Part shown: positions 47,185-58,200 of the stretch, piece after piece
How the letters are laid out: every line of letters begins with the position of its first letter
Numbering within the stretch: position 1 is the stretch's first letter
Assembly: GCA_049596955.1 (NCBI GenBank)
Contig: JBMYMD010000002.1
Coordinates: 7,107 to 71,106, forward strand
DNA: 64,000 nucleotides
DNA from: Flavobacteriaceae bacterium
GTDB taxonomy: Bacteria > Bacteroidota > Bacteroidia > Flavobacteriales > Flavobacteriaceae
Direction: 5' to 3'
Position numbers and translations under genes: made by a program
Notes under the pieces: model-generated
What the model saw: the letters and a program-made list of their open reading frames with translations, nothing else
What the model was told of the DNA's origin: nothing
The model's database searches: none

Positions 47185-49304
47185 TAGAAGAGTAAGCGAT
47201 TGTCATTAATTTCTGCCATGTCTTTTAAGGCATCGTAAGTACCAATACTAGCGTTTTGGATATTCTTGGCTGTAAGTGTCTGTGTAAATGGAGCAAAATT
47301 TGGTAGTTCTATAGCCTCATTTAAATTAACCAAACGCACCATAAATACTCCTGTATTACCTTGAATGAGCTCCGATTCTTCACCAATTTGGAGACCAAGA
47401 GCAGTTCCAACTACAGTAGGCTCAGGTCCTGAACCTGAAATTACTGGCGAGTTCAGTGTTAAAGCCATTGCTCGTGAAAGCATCACACTAGCATCTTTAG
47501 CAGTTTGATCTAAATTCTTTCCACCGTATTGTGCTCTAATCATTTGAAGCTTACGTTCTTTTCTTATCATTGGAGTAGCAATAAAAGAGGCGTCTTCTAC
47601 AGATTGTAACCCTTCTTCATAAACATTAGTCATTTGTGCTACAACATAACCCGAAGCCAAATCAAATCTTCTGATATCACCAGGATTTGTTTCAGCATCA
47701 AAAGCCCATTTCACGATATTTCTCTGCTCACCTAGACCAGGTAAGTTTTCATCTACAGAACGAATTTTACTCACAGGACGTGGAGATAAATTCATCTCTA
47801 CAGCTATATTCGTAAACTCGCTTGCCTCGGCATCATTCACCTTCATTTCGAAAGAAGTAGCATCTGTAAAAAGTTGGTTTACGGTTAAATCCGAAGGCTC
47901 AATTCTACGCATCAAAGTGGCTACTTGATAAACATCTCGTTTATCCTCAATTTTTACAATGTGATAACCAAAATCGGTCTCTACTAAACCAATTGCTCCT
48001 GTACTGTTTCTAAAACAAAAGTCATTGAACGCATCAACCATAGCACCTTCTTGAAAATAACCAAGGTCTCCACCTCTGCTACCCGATGGTCCATCAGAAT
48101 TTTCACGAGCTAAATCAGCAAATACCACATCATCTCTTCTCGCCTGCGTTAAAAGTGCACGAGCTTCAGTTCTAGCCTCACTCTTTGAACGCTTAACTGA
48201 TTCTGCAGCTCGCTCAGCACCTTCATAAGCAATTAAGATGTGAGAAGCTCTTACCTCTCCTTGCATCTTTTTGCCCATAAGTTTACTAATCATGTACGCT
48301 CCATTTTCTTTATACGGTCCAAAAGTCTCACCAGCGTTTAAACCAACAATAGAATCGCCATAGGCTACAGAGATTGCTTCTTTAGGTCTGTAAATACTAT
48401 CGTAAGCTAAATCAGAATTTAAATCTAAGAAAGCTTGTAAATCATTAGTTTGAGAAAATCCAGCGATGGTATCATAACTATCGCTTGCCTGATTATAAGT
48501 CACTTTTGCGTCTAATAGCTCATTTACTGAAGCTAATGCATTTTGCTCATCTTCTAATGAAGCGACTTCTGGAAAAAACACATAACGTATATCTCGGGCT
48601 GCATCTTGTTGAAATAGCGCTGAATTTTCGTCTATATATTTCTGTATGTCATTTCTGCTCACCTGAATGGTGCTGTCAGGGATGGTATTATATGGAATTT
48701 TGATGTATTGAATGTCTGCTTTATCATTTTGCAATTTGAATTCAAAAGCTCCTTCTTTAAGGGTAGATACTACACCTGCTTTCACAAAGTTGAAGTAAAT
48801 ACGTTCTTTCGCGGCATTGATGATTGAAGATTCTTCTTTCAACCAAGAGTCATAGCGAAGAGGATCATTTTCTTTCCAATTTTGAATCGCATTTTTAAAA
48901 ATTACACTATTAAAAACACCATTTTCATCTTGAAATTCTGGAATATTAGCGTAAGCTGAAGTCGATAAGTAATCAGCAATTTGATCACCTTCAATTTCTA
49001 ACCCTAACGCATTAAATTCTTGTTTTAAAATTTCTCCTCTAACCATCTGATCGTAAACAATATTCACCAGTCTGTTATTAGAGTATTGATTTTGGTACGC
49101 GACAGAGGCTTGCTCCATTCGCTCTCTAAAATCTTCAATTGATATTTCTGAATCGTTTACCTCAGCAATCACACTTGAAAATGTTCCTCCACCGCTAAAA
49201 TTGTTGCTAGAGAATATTCCAGAGATGACAAATGCAAAAAGTGCTAAACCAATTATTAAGATCAATATCGTCGTTCGCTTTCTTATATTACCTAAAATCG
49301 CCAT
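47181..49304 (-). CDS. periplasmic chaperone/peptidyl-prolyl isomerase (PpiD/SurA-like, parvulin domain)
   Basis: N-terminal anchor and a SurA-N-like region. The parvulin blocks are VRASHILIAYEG, GGDLGYF and TDFGYHIVK. Confidence 0.85.
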   Translation of the reverse strand: MAILGNIRKRTTILILIIGLALFAFVISGIFSSNNFSGGGTFSSVIAEVNDSEISIEDFRERMEQASVAYQNQYSNNRLVNIVYDQMVRGEILKQEFNALGLEIEGDQIADYLSTSAYANIPEFQDENGVFNSVIFKNAIQNWKENDPLRYDSWLKEESSIINAAKERIYFNFVKAGVVSTLKEGAFEFKLQNDKADIQYIKIPYNTIPDSTIQVSRNDIQKYIDENSALFQQDAARDIRYVFFPEVASLEDEQNALASVNELLDAKVTYNQASDSYDTIAGFSQTNDLQAFLDLNSDLAYDSIYRPKEAISVAYGDSIVGLNAGETFGPYKENGAYMISKLMGKKMQGEVRASHILIAYEGAERAAESVKRSKSEARTEARALLTQARRDDVVFADLARENSDGPSGSRGGDLGYFQEGAMVDAFNDFCFRNSTGAIGLVETDFGYHIVKIEDKRDVYQVATLMRRIEPSDLTVNQLFTDATSFEMKVNDAEASEFTNIAVEMNLSPRPVSKIRSVDENLPGLGEQRNIVKWAFDAETNPGDIRRFDLASGYVVAQMTNVYEEGLQSVEDASFIATPMIRKERKLQMIRAQYGGKNLDQTAKDASVMLSRAMALTLNSPVISGSGPEPTVVGTALGLQIGEESELIQGNTGVFMVRLVNLNEAIELPNFAPFTQTLTAKNIQNASIGTYDALKDMAEINDNRLLFY

Positions 49305-49370
49305 AGTATTGTATTTCTAAGAGGGGCGAAAGTACAAAAATCTTTTGAAAAATAAATCCTATATCCCTAG

Positions 49371-50672
49371 CTAATCAGCGATATTACGGTGTATTTTAAC
49401 CAATACAATTTTGGTGCTAGAAACCTCAACGATATCGAGGACATAGCTGTCGATGTCCATTTTAAATCCCTTTTCAGGAATATCCTCGGTTTGATTCATA
49501 ATCAATCCGCCCAATGTTTCGTATTCTTCGCTCTCTGGAAGATTTAATTTATACTGCTCATTTAGGTAATCTACCTCTAAACGCGCTGAAAACAAATAAG
49601 TACAATCATCAATTTGCTCCTCGTGGTATTCCACCACATCGTGTTCATCTTCTATTTCTCCAAATAATTCTTCGATAATATCTTCGACTGTTAATATTCC
49701 AGAAGTTCCTCCGTACTCATCAATAACAACAGCCATAGATCTTCGTTTTTTAGTCAAAAGGTTCAAAGTGTCTTGTATGAGCATAGTCTCAGGAACATAC
49801 TCGACAGCCTTCATTATCGATCTTATACTTTGAGGATTTTTAAACAAATCAAAGGAATGCACATATCCGATAATATCATCTATATTCTCCCGGTAAACAA
49901 GGATTTTTGAAAATCCTGTCTCTGTAAAAAGCTTACTTAAATCAGATAAGCGATCTCGATATTCCACAGCACAGATTTCTGTTCTTGGAATCATTGCTTC
50001 TCTTGTTTTAACCTCAGAAAATTCAAGTGCGTTTTGAAAAATCTGAACCTCGGAATCAATTTCGTCGTTGTCGCTTACTGCTTCCATTTGTTCATTGATG
50101 TAATCGCCCAATTCGTCTTTACTAAAGGCTTGTGTGATTTCATCTCCTGCTGTCTTAAAAAAGATCCGCAAAACGAAATCGCTCACTTTCATTACAAGCC
50201 AAGATAAACCTGAAAATAAGATATAGAAGAAATAAGCAGGGAGCGCCATTACTTTAATCAAGGAATTGGCATAAATCTGAAATAGCACTTTGGGTAAGAA
50301 CTCTGCAGTAATTAAAATAACTGCCGTTGAGATTACGGTTTGCGTCAAAACGACAAAATCATTGAGCAAAAGTTGCATCCAATAAGGATCAACAGCTGTA
50401 GCCGAGGGAAGCATTTTGGTGAGCACATCACCCATGTAATAACCGTATACCACTAAGGCAATATTATTACCGATCAACATACTTGCGATGAACTTCGAAG
50501 GGTTTGCCGTTAGGCGGCCTAGAATCTGTGATAAAAATCCCTCCTGTTTCTTTTCGATCTCTACATGGATTTTATTCGCTGAGACGAAGGCAATTTCCAT
50601 TCCTGAAAAAAACGCAGAGAGCAATAAAGCGAATCCGATTATAATCCAATAATGTTCAATCAAAGGCAGCAA
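49371..50672 (-). CDS. hemolysin-family / CNNM-type protein (DUF21 membrane domain, CBS pair, CorC_HlyC domain)
   Basis: Four N-terminal TM helices, a CBS pair region (REAMIPRTEI ... AVVIDEYGGTSGILTVEDIIEELFGEIEDEHD), and a C-terminal transporter-associated domain. Confidence 0.85.
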   Translation of the reverse strand: MLPLIEHYWIIIGFALLLSAFFSGMEIAFVSANKIHVEIEKKQEGFLSQILGRLTANPSKFIASMLIGNNIALVVYGYYMGDVLTKMLPSATAVDPYWMQLLLNDFVVLTQTVISTAVILITAEFLPKVLFQIYANSLIKVMALPAYFFYILFSGLSWLVMKVSDFVLRIFFKTAGDEITQAFSKDELGDYINEQMEAVSDNDEIDSEVQIFQNALEFSEVKTREAMIPRTEICAVEYRDRLSDLSKLFTETGFSKILVYRENIDDIIGYVHSFDLFKNPQSIRSIMKAVEYVPETMLIQDTLNLLTKKRRSMAVVIDEYGGTSGILTVEDIIEELFGEIEDEHDVVEYHEEQIDDCTYLFSARLEVDYLNEQYKLNLPESEEYETLGGLIMNQTEDIPEKGFKMDIDSYVLDIVEVSSTKIVLVKIHRNIAD

Positions 50673-50680
50673 GTTTTAGG

Positions 50681-50875
50681 TTATTCACCTTGACGTTTTT
50701 CAAATTTCTTTCGGTAGTTTCTTCTAAAAAAGAACATTCCCAATGAGATCACTAAAAAAAACGCAAATATCATTCGATCTGAATTCGGTTCATTGTAAAT
50801 AGAAAACAGTCGGACTGCTGAAAAAAAGGCTACGACTAAATAGAGGTACTCTGTATATTTTAAAATCTTAATCAT
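50681..50875 (-). CDS. small two-TM membrane protein, function unknown
   Basis: ORF track. It has an 8-nt overlap with the lptC-like gene, and its hydrophobic profile is convincing. Confidence 0.45.
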   Translation of the reverse strand: MIKILKYTEYLYLVVAFFSAVRLFSIYNEPNSDRMIFAFFLVISLGMFFFRRNYRKKFEKRQGE

Positions 50876-51491
50876 CTGATTCTTCTTCGACGTTCATTAC
50901 GCCATAAGTTTGCATAGCATAAAAATACGTGAAATCTCTGTTGAAATCCAATCCTAATCCATGCATGACCGTCCCGTCTTCAGGATTTTCAAAAGTGAAG
51001 GCTTCAGGAGTAAAAATCCAAGAGTCTTGTCGATCCCAAAAGAGTCTATCCGTATACAATATCTTATTATCGTGAGTTTCAATGACAACATTTCCTTCCA
51101 ACTCAATGAGGTTGGTAAGTGAATACACCGTGGCATAATCGGCCTTAATGATTGTTTTTTGGTCAGATTCATCGAAAAAATCTAAAACAATACCTTCTGG
51201 AAACAACTGATGTCTAAAACGTAAGTTCTCGTAATTTTCATTGAGTGAACTGCGTAAAACAACCACCACCCGAGCGGTGTCTTTATCCTGCAATCGCAAC
51301 GGTTTAGCGACCTCCGTGTATGTCAGTACAAAATCTTTAGTAATTCCCTGTGGAAAAATCTCCTTTTGTTTCTCCTCTAAAACGCGTTCATATTCTCCTC
51401 CACAGCTATAAAAAAGAGATGCCACGACAATTACTGTCATGGCATTCTTAAAAATTTTATTTAGAACCTCAGTTCTCAAATCATTAGTCAA
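50868..51491 (-). CDS. lptC: LptC-like LPS export periplasmic protein
   Basis: N-terminal anchor/lipobox (LFYSCGG), an all-beta 200-aa body with LEGNVVIET...LYTDRLFWD, and flavobacterial synteny. The assignment is from memory. Confidence 0.6.
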   Translation of the reverse strand: MTNDLRTEVLNKIFKNAMTVIVVASLFYSCGGEYERVLEEKQKEIFPQGITKDFVLTYTEVAKPLRLQDKDTARVVVVLRSSLNENYENLRFRHQLFPEGIVLDFFDESDQKTIIKADYATVYSLTNLIELEGNVVIETHDNKILYTDRLFWDRQDSWIFTPEAFTFENPEDGTVMHGLGLDFNRDFTYFYAMQTYGVMNVEEESDD

Positions 51492-52866
51492 GAGTTGGTA
51501 CTTTCACACTTCCACCTACCCAGCATGAGAACGATATCGTTTGGCCCGCACGTCCTGAATTGAAAATATCTGTTTTAGATGGTGCTTTAGCGTTGTATGA
51601 AGCAACTGCTTTTGAGGCTGTACTTCTAAGTGATGGATCTACACGACCTGCCTTAGCAGCCGTTTGAGCGGCTAACCAATAAATTGATCTTTTTTCAAAT
51701 TGTGACTCACCACAGCTGTTCGCCGAATTAGCGTACAAACTCGCAAGCAATAAATACGCTCTACCGTTTGCTGGATAAGCCTGAATTGCCTTATTCAAAT
51801 AGGTTCTTGCTTGTGAAGAACTTCTCTTTCTCGCAATTGTAGCAATTTTATATAGGATATTTGATTTTCTATAGTTGTCTTCTTCCAACTCAACGGCTTT
51901 ATTAAAGTCGGCCATAGCTCCACTGGTATCCCCATCTTTTTGCTTGAGTGTACCTCCGTAAAGGTAGGCATCAGCAGAAGGGTCTAATGCGAGTTGTGCC
52001 TCGAATAATTTCTTGAACATTGGATCATCTGTACATTCTTTTGAGAACATTCGTCCAACTGCACTCTTTACCCACTTAACATCGCCTTTACGCTCTTCGT
52101 AATTCTTTTCGTAAAGCGGAATGAGATTATCACAATCTGCAAGCGCTCCCAACTTAGAGTCTATACTCTGGGCAATTTTACCATAGGATTCTGAATTAGT
52201 GGTATACGCCTTAAGTCTTCTCTTATCCTTAGAGGTGATTGTACCGTCTTCTTCTTTAGGCAAAAGTCTTTGGATAGCATTAGTCAGCTTCATATTCTCA
52301 GCTTCTACTTTAGAAACAACCTCATCATAAACGTCAAATACTGTTTGAATTTCTTGTTTTCCTTCATCGTGAAGGTCTACCAAGCTTGAGAAATACATAT
52401 ATAGCGCCTGAGGATTAGAGAAATTGGATCGATCGTTCATAAAGGCATCATTGAGCTGCGCATATATATCGTCCTTTCCAATCATTTTCTGTTTGTATTT
52501 GAACAGAACCTTGTCGATGATGACGTCTGCCATTGCATAATTTTTAGGAAAATACTGCATAGAATCATCATACAGCTTCATCAAATCAACAATAAAAGCG
52601 TCTTTGTCAGCTCCACTGCTATTTGAAATCTTGTGCTTTAAGATGCGCTCACCGTACAAAAAGTTAGCTCTGTTTATATCCGGACAAGCCTCTAAAACCA
52701 TTTTCCATGGTTCGTAAGCGGCATCGTAATTTTTAACTTTAGCGTATTCTACGTAGATAGACAAGTTTGTCATACACTCTTGGTTTGGTGCTTGACTCAT
52801 TGTCATTTGAATGGCAAAGAACAGGGTTAATGTGCTCATTAATAATGTCTTTCTCATATCGTGCAT
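51484..52866 (-). CDS. secreted TPR-repeat protein, function unknown
   Basis: Signal peptide, and several TPR-like helices (e.g. GAMADFNKAVELEEDNYRK, ARTYLNKAIQAYPANGRAYLLLASLY). Confidence 0.7.
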   Translation of the reverse strand: MHDMRKTLLMSTLTLFFAIQMTMSQAPNQECMTNLSIYVEYAKVKNYDAAYEPWKMVLEACPDINRANFLYGERILKHKISNSSGADKDAFIVDLMKLYDDSMQYFPKNYAMADVIIDKVLFKYKQKMIGKDDIYAQLNDAFMNDRSNFSNPQALYMYFSSLVDLHDEGKQEIQTVFDVYDEVVSKVEAENMKLTNAIQRLLPKEEDGTITSKDKRRLKAYTTNSESYGKIAQSIDSKLGALADCDNLIPLYEKNYEERKGDVKWVKSAVGRMFSKECTDDPMFKKLFEAQLALDPSADAYLYGGTLKQKDGDTSGAMADFNKAVELEEDNYRKSNILYKIATIARKRSSSQARTYLNKAIQAYPANGRAYLLLASLYANSANSCGESQFEKRSIYWLAAQTAAKAGRVDPSLRSTASKAVASYNAKAPSKTDIFNSGRAGQTISFSCWVGGSVKVPTLD

Positions 52867-52899
52867 TTTTGTGTGGGTAAATTTATCTATTTTCTATTT

Positions 52900-54186
52900 T
52901 TAGTCTATTCTTCTTTTAATGAACCATTTGTCATTCAAAGCGAGTCCAATATTTATGCCAAAGTAATTTTCCTTAACTAAATCAGCACTTACGGTACCTT
53001 TGGACCCTATTTCAATTCCGACGTTCAAATTAGAAAATCGGTCGTTATAAGTACCTCCCATAGGGAGTCCAATACCAAACGAAAACAAGGATTCTTTTAT
53101 TGTTTCTCCGTTTACAATCATTCCGGTATTACTCGATCTGAATCCTGCTCTATAAGTCATGCGATTATAGATTCCGCTAAGCGCTTGGTAATTAGGGATG
53201 AAATATCCTCCAATAATGAAATTAGATGCTTTGCCATAACCTACATTTTCTGCGTTTAAAAACTCATTTTTGAAGGCGCTCATGTCTTTATAGTGATATT
53301 CTGCTCCGACAAACCACTTATAATCCTTGCCTATTCCTAAACCGTATTTGTAAGTAGTAGGAACATTTACATCTGTATTTTTTAAGTTTTCTTGTTCTAA
53401 ATCAACATCTACCAGTTCCACATTTCTACCATTAGAAACGAAAAAAGAACCTATAGCCTGACGATTTTCTGAGGTAAAACTTAGGGGAGAGTTCACTCCA
53501 AAATAAGCTCTAAGTCTGTAGTAATCATTTTTGAGGTACACTTCTGGACTATAGGTGAAAGCGTAATTCACATCTAAACCGTTTATTCGTGAATCTCGAT
53601 TGTCAAAGGTTCCAAACTGCAAGCCTTGTACTGTTTGAGAGCGATCATAAGCCAGATTTCCAAAATTAAAGTGGGCAGATAATCCGACATTAAAATCTGG
53701 ACTGACCTGAATTCCAGTACCTATAAAGACTTTGTTAAGTCCCCCCGATCCTTCATAGAAGGTGCTAAGTGTATCTTGAGACTGATTGACAGTTTCATCT
53801 AAAATATTGTACCCAACAGAAGAATAGGGTATAAGACCAAAACCTACAGACATTTTTTGAGAGACCGGAAAAGCTAAGGCCAAATATTCCAAGTTTGCTA
53901 CTACACTTTCAGCACTGAGGTCATTGGTTTTGAAGTCAATGGTACGGTAAGAAATACCCACAGTGTAAGCAGTAATTCTCAAATCACCATAAGCAGCAGG
54001 GTTTTGAAGATTGATATGTATACTGTCTCCAGCCATACTAAGGCCACCCATGGCTCTATTGTCAATAGTTGTGCCACTTCGAAACTCTCCAATCCCAAAT
54101 ATAGAATAAGGAGAGACCGTTCCATTTTGGGCCATGGTCGTTATTGTTGTCACTAAGGCGATTACCGCAAAACCTACTCTCATCAT
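52900..54186 (-). CDS. outer-membrane beta-barrel protein (porin-like), function unknown
   Basis: Signal peptide ending AQ, then alternating-hydrophobicity strands with Gly/aromatic girdles throughout. It has no spacer to coaX. Confidence 0.6.
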   Translation of the reverse strand: MMRVGFAVIALVTTITTMAQNGTVSPYSIFGIGEFRSGTTIDNRAMGGLSMAGDSIHINLQNPAAYGDLRITAYTVGISYRTIDFKTNDLSAESVVANLEYLALAFPVSQKMSVGFGLIPYSSVGYNILDETVNQSQDTLSTFYEGSGGLNKVFIGTGIQVSPDFNVGLSAHFNFGNLAYDRSQTVQGLQFGTFDNRDSRINGLDVNYAFTYSPEVYLKNDYYRLRAYFGVNSPLSFTSENRQAIGSFFVSNGRNVELVDVDLEQENLKNTDVNVPTTYKYGLGIGKDYKWFVGAEYHYKDMSAFKNEFLNAENVGYGKASNFIIGGYFIPNYQALSGIYNRMTYRAGFRSSNTGMIVNGETIKESLFSFGIGLPMGGTYNDRFSNLNVGIEIGSKGTVSADLVKENYFGINIGLALNDKWFIKRRID

Positions 54187-54912
54187 TCAGTTTAAATTTT
54201 CTTTCAATAAAGAGTGAATTCCCTTCAATAAAAAATTAGAATGGGCAAAGATGGAGTTTTTTAACTTTTTCTCAAAAAAATGAGCGTCTCCACCTGTTAA
54301 AATCACTGTTAAATCTTCATAAATCTCAGAAAAATGAGAAATAAATCCCTTGAGTTCTTGATGTACTCCTTCGATCACACCAATATGCATACACTCTTCA
54401 GTAGTTTCTCCAATGCCTATCTCCAAATCTTTTGCTTTCAATTGGGGCAAACCATGAGTATCATTGTGCATAGCATCATATCTAGATGTACAACCAGGAG
54501 AGATGATACCTCCGTGATAAACCCCCTTAGTATCTTTCAAATCATAGGTGATACAGGTTCCCAAGTCAATTATCAAGCAATTTTGATCGGGATATTCTTC
54601 TTGTGCAGCAGCAACAAGGGCCAAACGATCTGCACCCAAAGAAGTCATTGATTTATAATTCGATTTAAAAGTCAAGTTGCAGTCAGCATTGACATAAAAA
54701 ATAATAGGAACAGAACTAAAAAATTTAATAAGCTCTTCAGGGATTTTATTCACTGAACAGACTCCTATTCGACTTATCTTGTCAAATGAATGTTGAGCTT
54801 TGATTTCAGGGAGGAAAAAATCTTTTAGTGAAACACCATCTGCAGTGATCATCTCATTTTCAAAAAAAGCCCATTTAATTCGAGTATTGCCTATATCGAC
54901 AATTAAATCCAT
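54187..54912 (-). CDS. coaX: type III pantothenate kinase
   Basis: LIVDIGNTRIKWA, LGADRL, IIDLGTCITYD and GGIISPG. Confidence 0.92.
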   Translation of the reverse strand: MDLIVDIGNTRIKWAFFENEMITADGVSLKDFFLPEIKAQHSFDKISRIGVCSVNKIPEELIKFFSSVPIIFYVNADCNLTFKSNYKSMTSLGADRLALVAAAQEEYPDQNCLIIDLGTCITYDLKDTKGVYHGGIISPGCTSRYDAMHNDTHGLPQLKAKDLEIGIGETTEECMHIGVIEGVHQELKGFISHFSEIYEDLTVILTGGDAHFFEKKLKNSIFAHSNFLLKGIHSLLKENLN

Positions 54913-54992
54913 ATCAAATCTGTGATTGTTAGATAAATCGTCTTCGAAGATACTTTTTAAAGGTTTTATTTTTGTTATAAATCAAATAAAAT

Positions 54993-55000
54993 TATATTTG
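54993..55000 (+). promoter_or_regulatory. candidate -7 promoter box (TAtaTTTG) for tRNA-Phe
   Basis: Exact TAnnTTTG match ending 17 nt upstream of the mature tRNA 5' end. Confidence 0.45.
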
Positions 55001-55017
55001 CACCCGCTATTTAGCGA

Positions 55018-55090
<73 letters not shown>

Positions 55091-55091
55091 C

Positions 55092-55126
55092 AAAAAGCCC
55101 TCTCCTTTGCTGGACAGGGCTTTTTT
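55092..55126. terminator. bidirectional rho-independent terminator (serves tRNA-Phe, and possibly the convergent BNR gene)
   Basis: AAAAAGCCCT ... AGGGCTTTTT forms a 10-bp stem including the A/T tracts. It is flanked by an A-run on one side and a T-run on the other, so it reads as hairpin plus U-tract on either strand. Confidence 0.75.
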
Positions 55127-55288
55127 GTTTAATGGGTTATAAAATCAAATCTTCAACAGTAAATCATTCTGTCTTTTCGCTTGTACTCATTAGTATCAGA
55201 CTAAGTAGGTTATGCTCACTCTTTTAATTTGCATAATCACAGACAGAATTAGATTGCCAAAACCACTACTAGCCTTGACGTGATTGAA

Positions 55289-58200
55289 TTACTCATTCAG
55301 AAATTCTTCAAAAGATTTAAGCTCCTCGAATGAAATTTTAGACTTCTTTTTTAATCGATTGAACTCCTTTTCTGCAGTTGAGTAAAGATCTAAAATGACC
55401 TCCATATACTCCATTTCATTTGGAGATGGAACTGAATAACTGTCAGCTATTTTACTGTACAAGTTGGCCAATTTTTCTCGAAGTTCTGGCTCAGCAGCTC
55501 CAACATAATTATCTCCAGTTGTGATAACCAATGTCTTCTTTAAGTCCATTAATTTAGACTTTAATTTGCCTTGACTACCTTCAATCATTTCGTCTACTTG
55601 ATAGACCATATAAGCTAAGTCTTGTGTAAGATCATAAAGTGACATAACAATGTCATTCTTTTGCTTAAAATAGGCTGAATCCACACTTGTTGTGGGGTCA
55701 TTCGTTAGTTCGAATTCCTGCTCAAATTTATCTCGGCCTTTATTAATTACAACTTTATACGTTCCGGCTAATACTCTTGGCGAAGTAAATCCTCCAAAAG
55801 CTAGTGTTTTACCTTTTGCAACTTTGGGTTGTTTCATGGTGTAATTCCACCTAACAATATTCACTCCTTTGGATTTTCCAGGGCTAAGCTTAGAAATTAC
55901 ATTCCCTTCTAAATCGTGAATTTCCATTGTCATTTTTCCAAAGGTGTGTCTTTTTGGGAGTAAATATTTGAATTGAGCAATCGTTGTTGGATTTTCTCCA
56001 ACAAACTGTGTTTCCGCTCCAAATGAACTTCCAAAGCCGTAACTCTTATCGCTCATAAGCATACCTGTAGGCTCAAAAAAGTGCAGTTTTGAAGACAACT
56101 GATCACTGTTTATTTCTCTCAGTGGTGATATATCGTCTAAAATAATGACCCCTCTTCCGTGAGTACCCATTACTAAGTCATTCGTTTTCGATTGAAGTTC
56201 GATATAATGAACAGCAACAGGTGGCATATTTTTGGTAAAGTGACTCCAACTTTCGCCACCGTTATTTGTGATAAATAACCCTTTTTCTGTGCCGAGAAAT
56301 AAAAGATCTGGATTTACATAATCCTCTTGAATATTTCTTGCAAAAATGGGTATATCGTCAGTGACTATTGAATTCCAAGTAAGGCCGTAATCTGTTGTTT
56401 TATAAACATAAGGCGCAAAATCTCCACTGGTATGGCCATCAAAAACCGCATAGGCCGTTGCTTTATCATGAACGCTTGCTTCTATGTGGTAGACCCAAGT
56501 ATTAGCTGGTAAACCACTTATGTTTTTTGTAGTATTGCTCCAGGTTTTTCCTCCATTTTTGGTGACCTGCACATTACCATCATCGGTACCCACCCAAATC
56601 ACGTTTTCATCGAGTCTTGATTCCGCTATAGTAAAAATGGTAGTATGGTTTTCAGCTCCAGAATTATCCATAGACAATCCACCTGAGTCTTGTTGATTTT
56701 GTTTTTCTGGATTATTAGTGGTTAAATCCTCAGAGATTGTCCTCCAGCTTTCGCCCATATCCTCTGAAACGTGAAGGAATTGACTCCCGACATAAAGTCT
56801 ATCCGGTTGATTGTAACTGATTTCTATTGGAGTGTTCCAATTAAACCTCAATTTAGGTTGACCTGATTTAGGTAAAGGATGAATGGTCTTAACTCTTTGT
56901 TTTTCTGTATCGTATCTCCAAATATTTTCAGCACCCTGCATTTCAGAATAAATTATTCTTTTTGTAGGATGACTCAACACTCTGAAACCGTCTCCTGCCC
57001 CAACTGATTTCCAATCAGCAGCTGTAACTCCTCCGCCTGATAAATTTGGACCATACCATGACCCGTTATCTTGTAATCCTCCGTAAACATTATAAGGTTC
57101 CTCGTTATCGACAGAAATATGATAAAATTGTGATAGCGGTAAATTTTCAACAATTTCAAAGGTCGTTCCGCCATTCCAAGACCTGTAGACACCTCCATCT
57201 GTTCCTGCATAAATATTATCTGAATTCTCTATGTTAAATGCAAGATCGTGTATATCACTGTGCATAACCCCTAAGTCTTTAAAGGTCTCTCCTCCATCTC
57301 GAGAAATAGATCCAGACAACCCAGCTTTTAAGATTACATCTGGATTTGTGGGGTCTACCACAATTCTTGAAAAATAAAAGGGTCTAACTGTAATTCCAAA
57401 ATCGTTGTTAGACTGTGTCCAAGAATCTCCCCCATCTAAACTTTTGTAAAGTCCTTTTTTCTCCTGTTTCTCGGCTTCTATGACGGTGTAGAGAATGTTA
57501 GGACTCGATGGAGCAATTGCAATAGCTAATCTTCCAAGCTTGCCCTCAGGAAAACCATTGTGTATTTTATTCCATGTTTTTCCTCCATCAACTGATTTGT
57601 AAAGGGCACTCTTTTCTCCTCCAGAATTAAAGGACCAGCCTGTTCTTCTAAATTCCCACATTGAGGCGTATAATACATTTGGATTTGTTGGGTCCATAGC
57701 TAAATCAGCGCAACCAGTCGAAGGACCGTCGTATAGAATTTGAGCCCATGTTTTTCCTCCATCTTCAGATTTATAGACTCCCCTTTCATCACTGTCAGAC
57801 CACAGGGCTCCTAAAACCCCTACAAAGATTTCATCAGAGTTGTTTGGATTGACAATAACATTAGCAATTCGCTCTGAGTTTTCAAATCCAATTTTATCCC
57901 AATTAATTCCACCATCGACAGACTTATAAAGCCCATCTCCAACGGATACACTATTTCTCGTCCAGGTTTCACCTGTACCGACATAGATTGTATTATCAGG
58001 ATCATTTGGATCTAAAGTAACAGCCCCAATCGATTGAATATGATCGTCAAAAATTGGGTTAAAAGTTGCCCCGCCGTTATTTGATTTCCAAACGCCACCC
58101 CCTGCAGTTCCTGCATAGAGTATTCTGGGATTAGTCGGGTGAAGTTCCAAGTCATTTATTCTCCCGCTCATAAGAGCGGGTCCAATATGTCTAGCCCTTA

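Noticed and set aside
49371-50672. Possible identity of the CBS-domain hemolysin-family gene with the gliding gene gldE.
   Set aside because: GldE belongs to the same broad family. However, as I recall, gldE lies next to gldD, and no gldD-like gene is adjacent here. The context (lptC-like gene upstream, PpiD-like gene downstream) fits the paralogous housekeeping copy, so no gld symbol is assigned.
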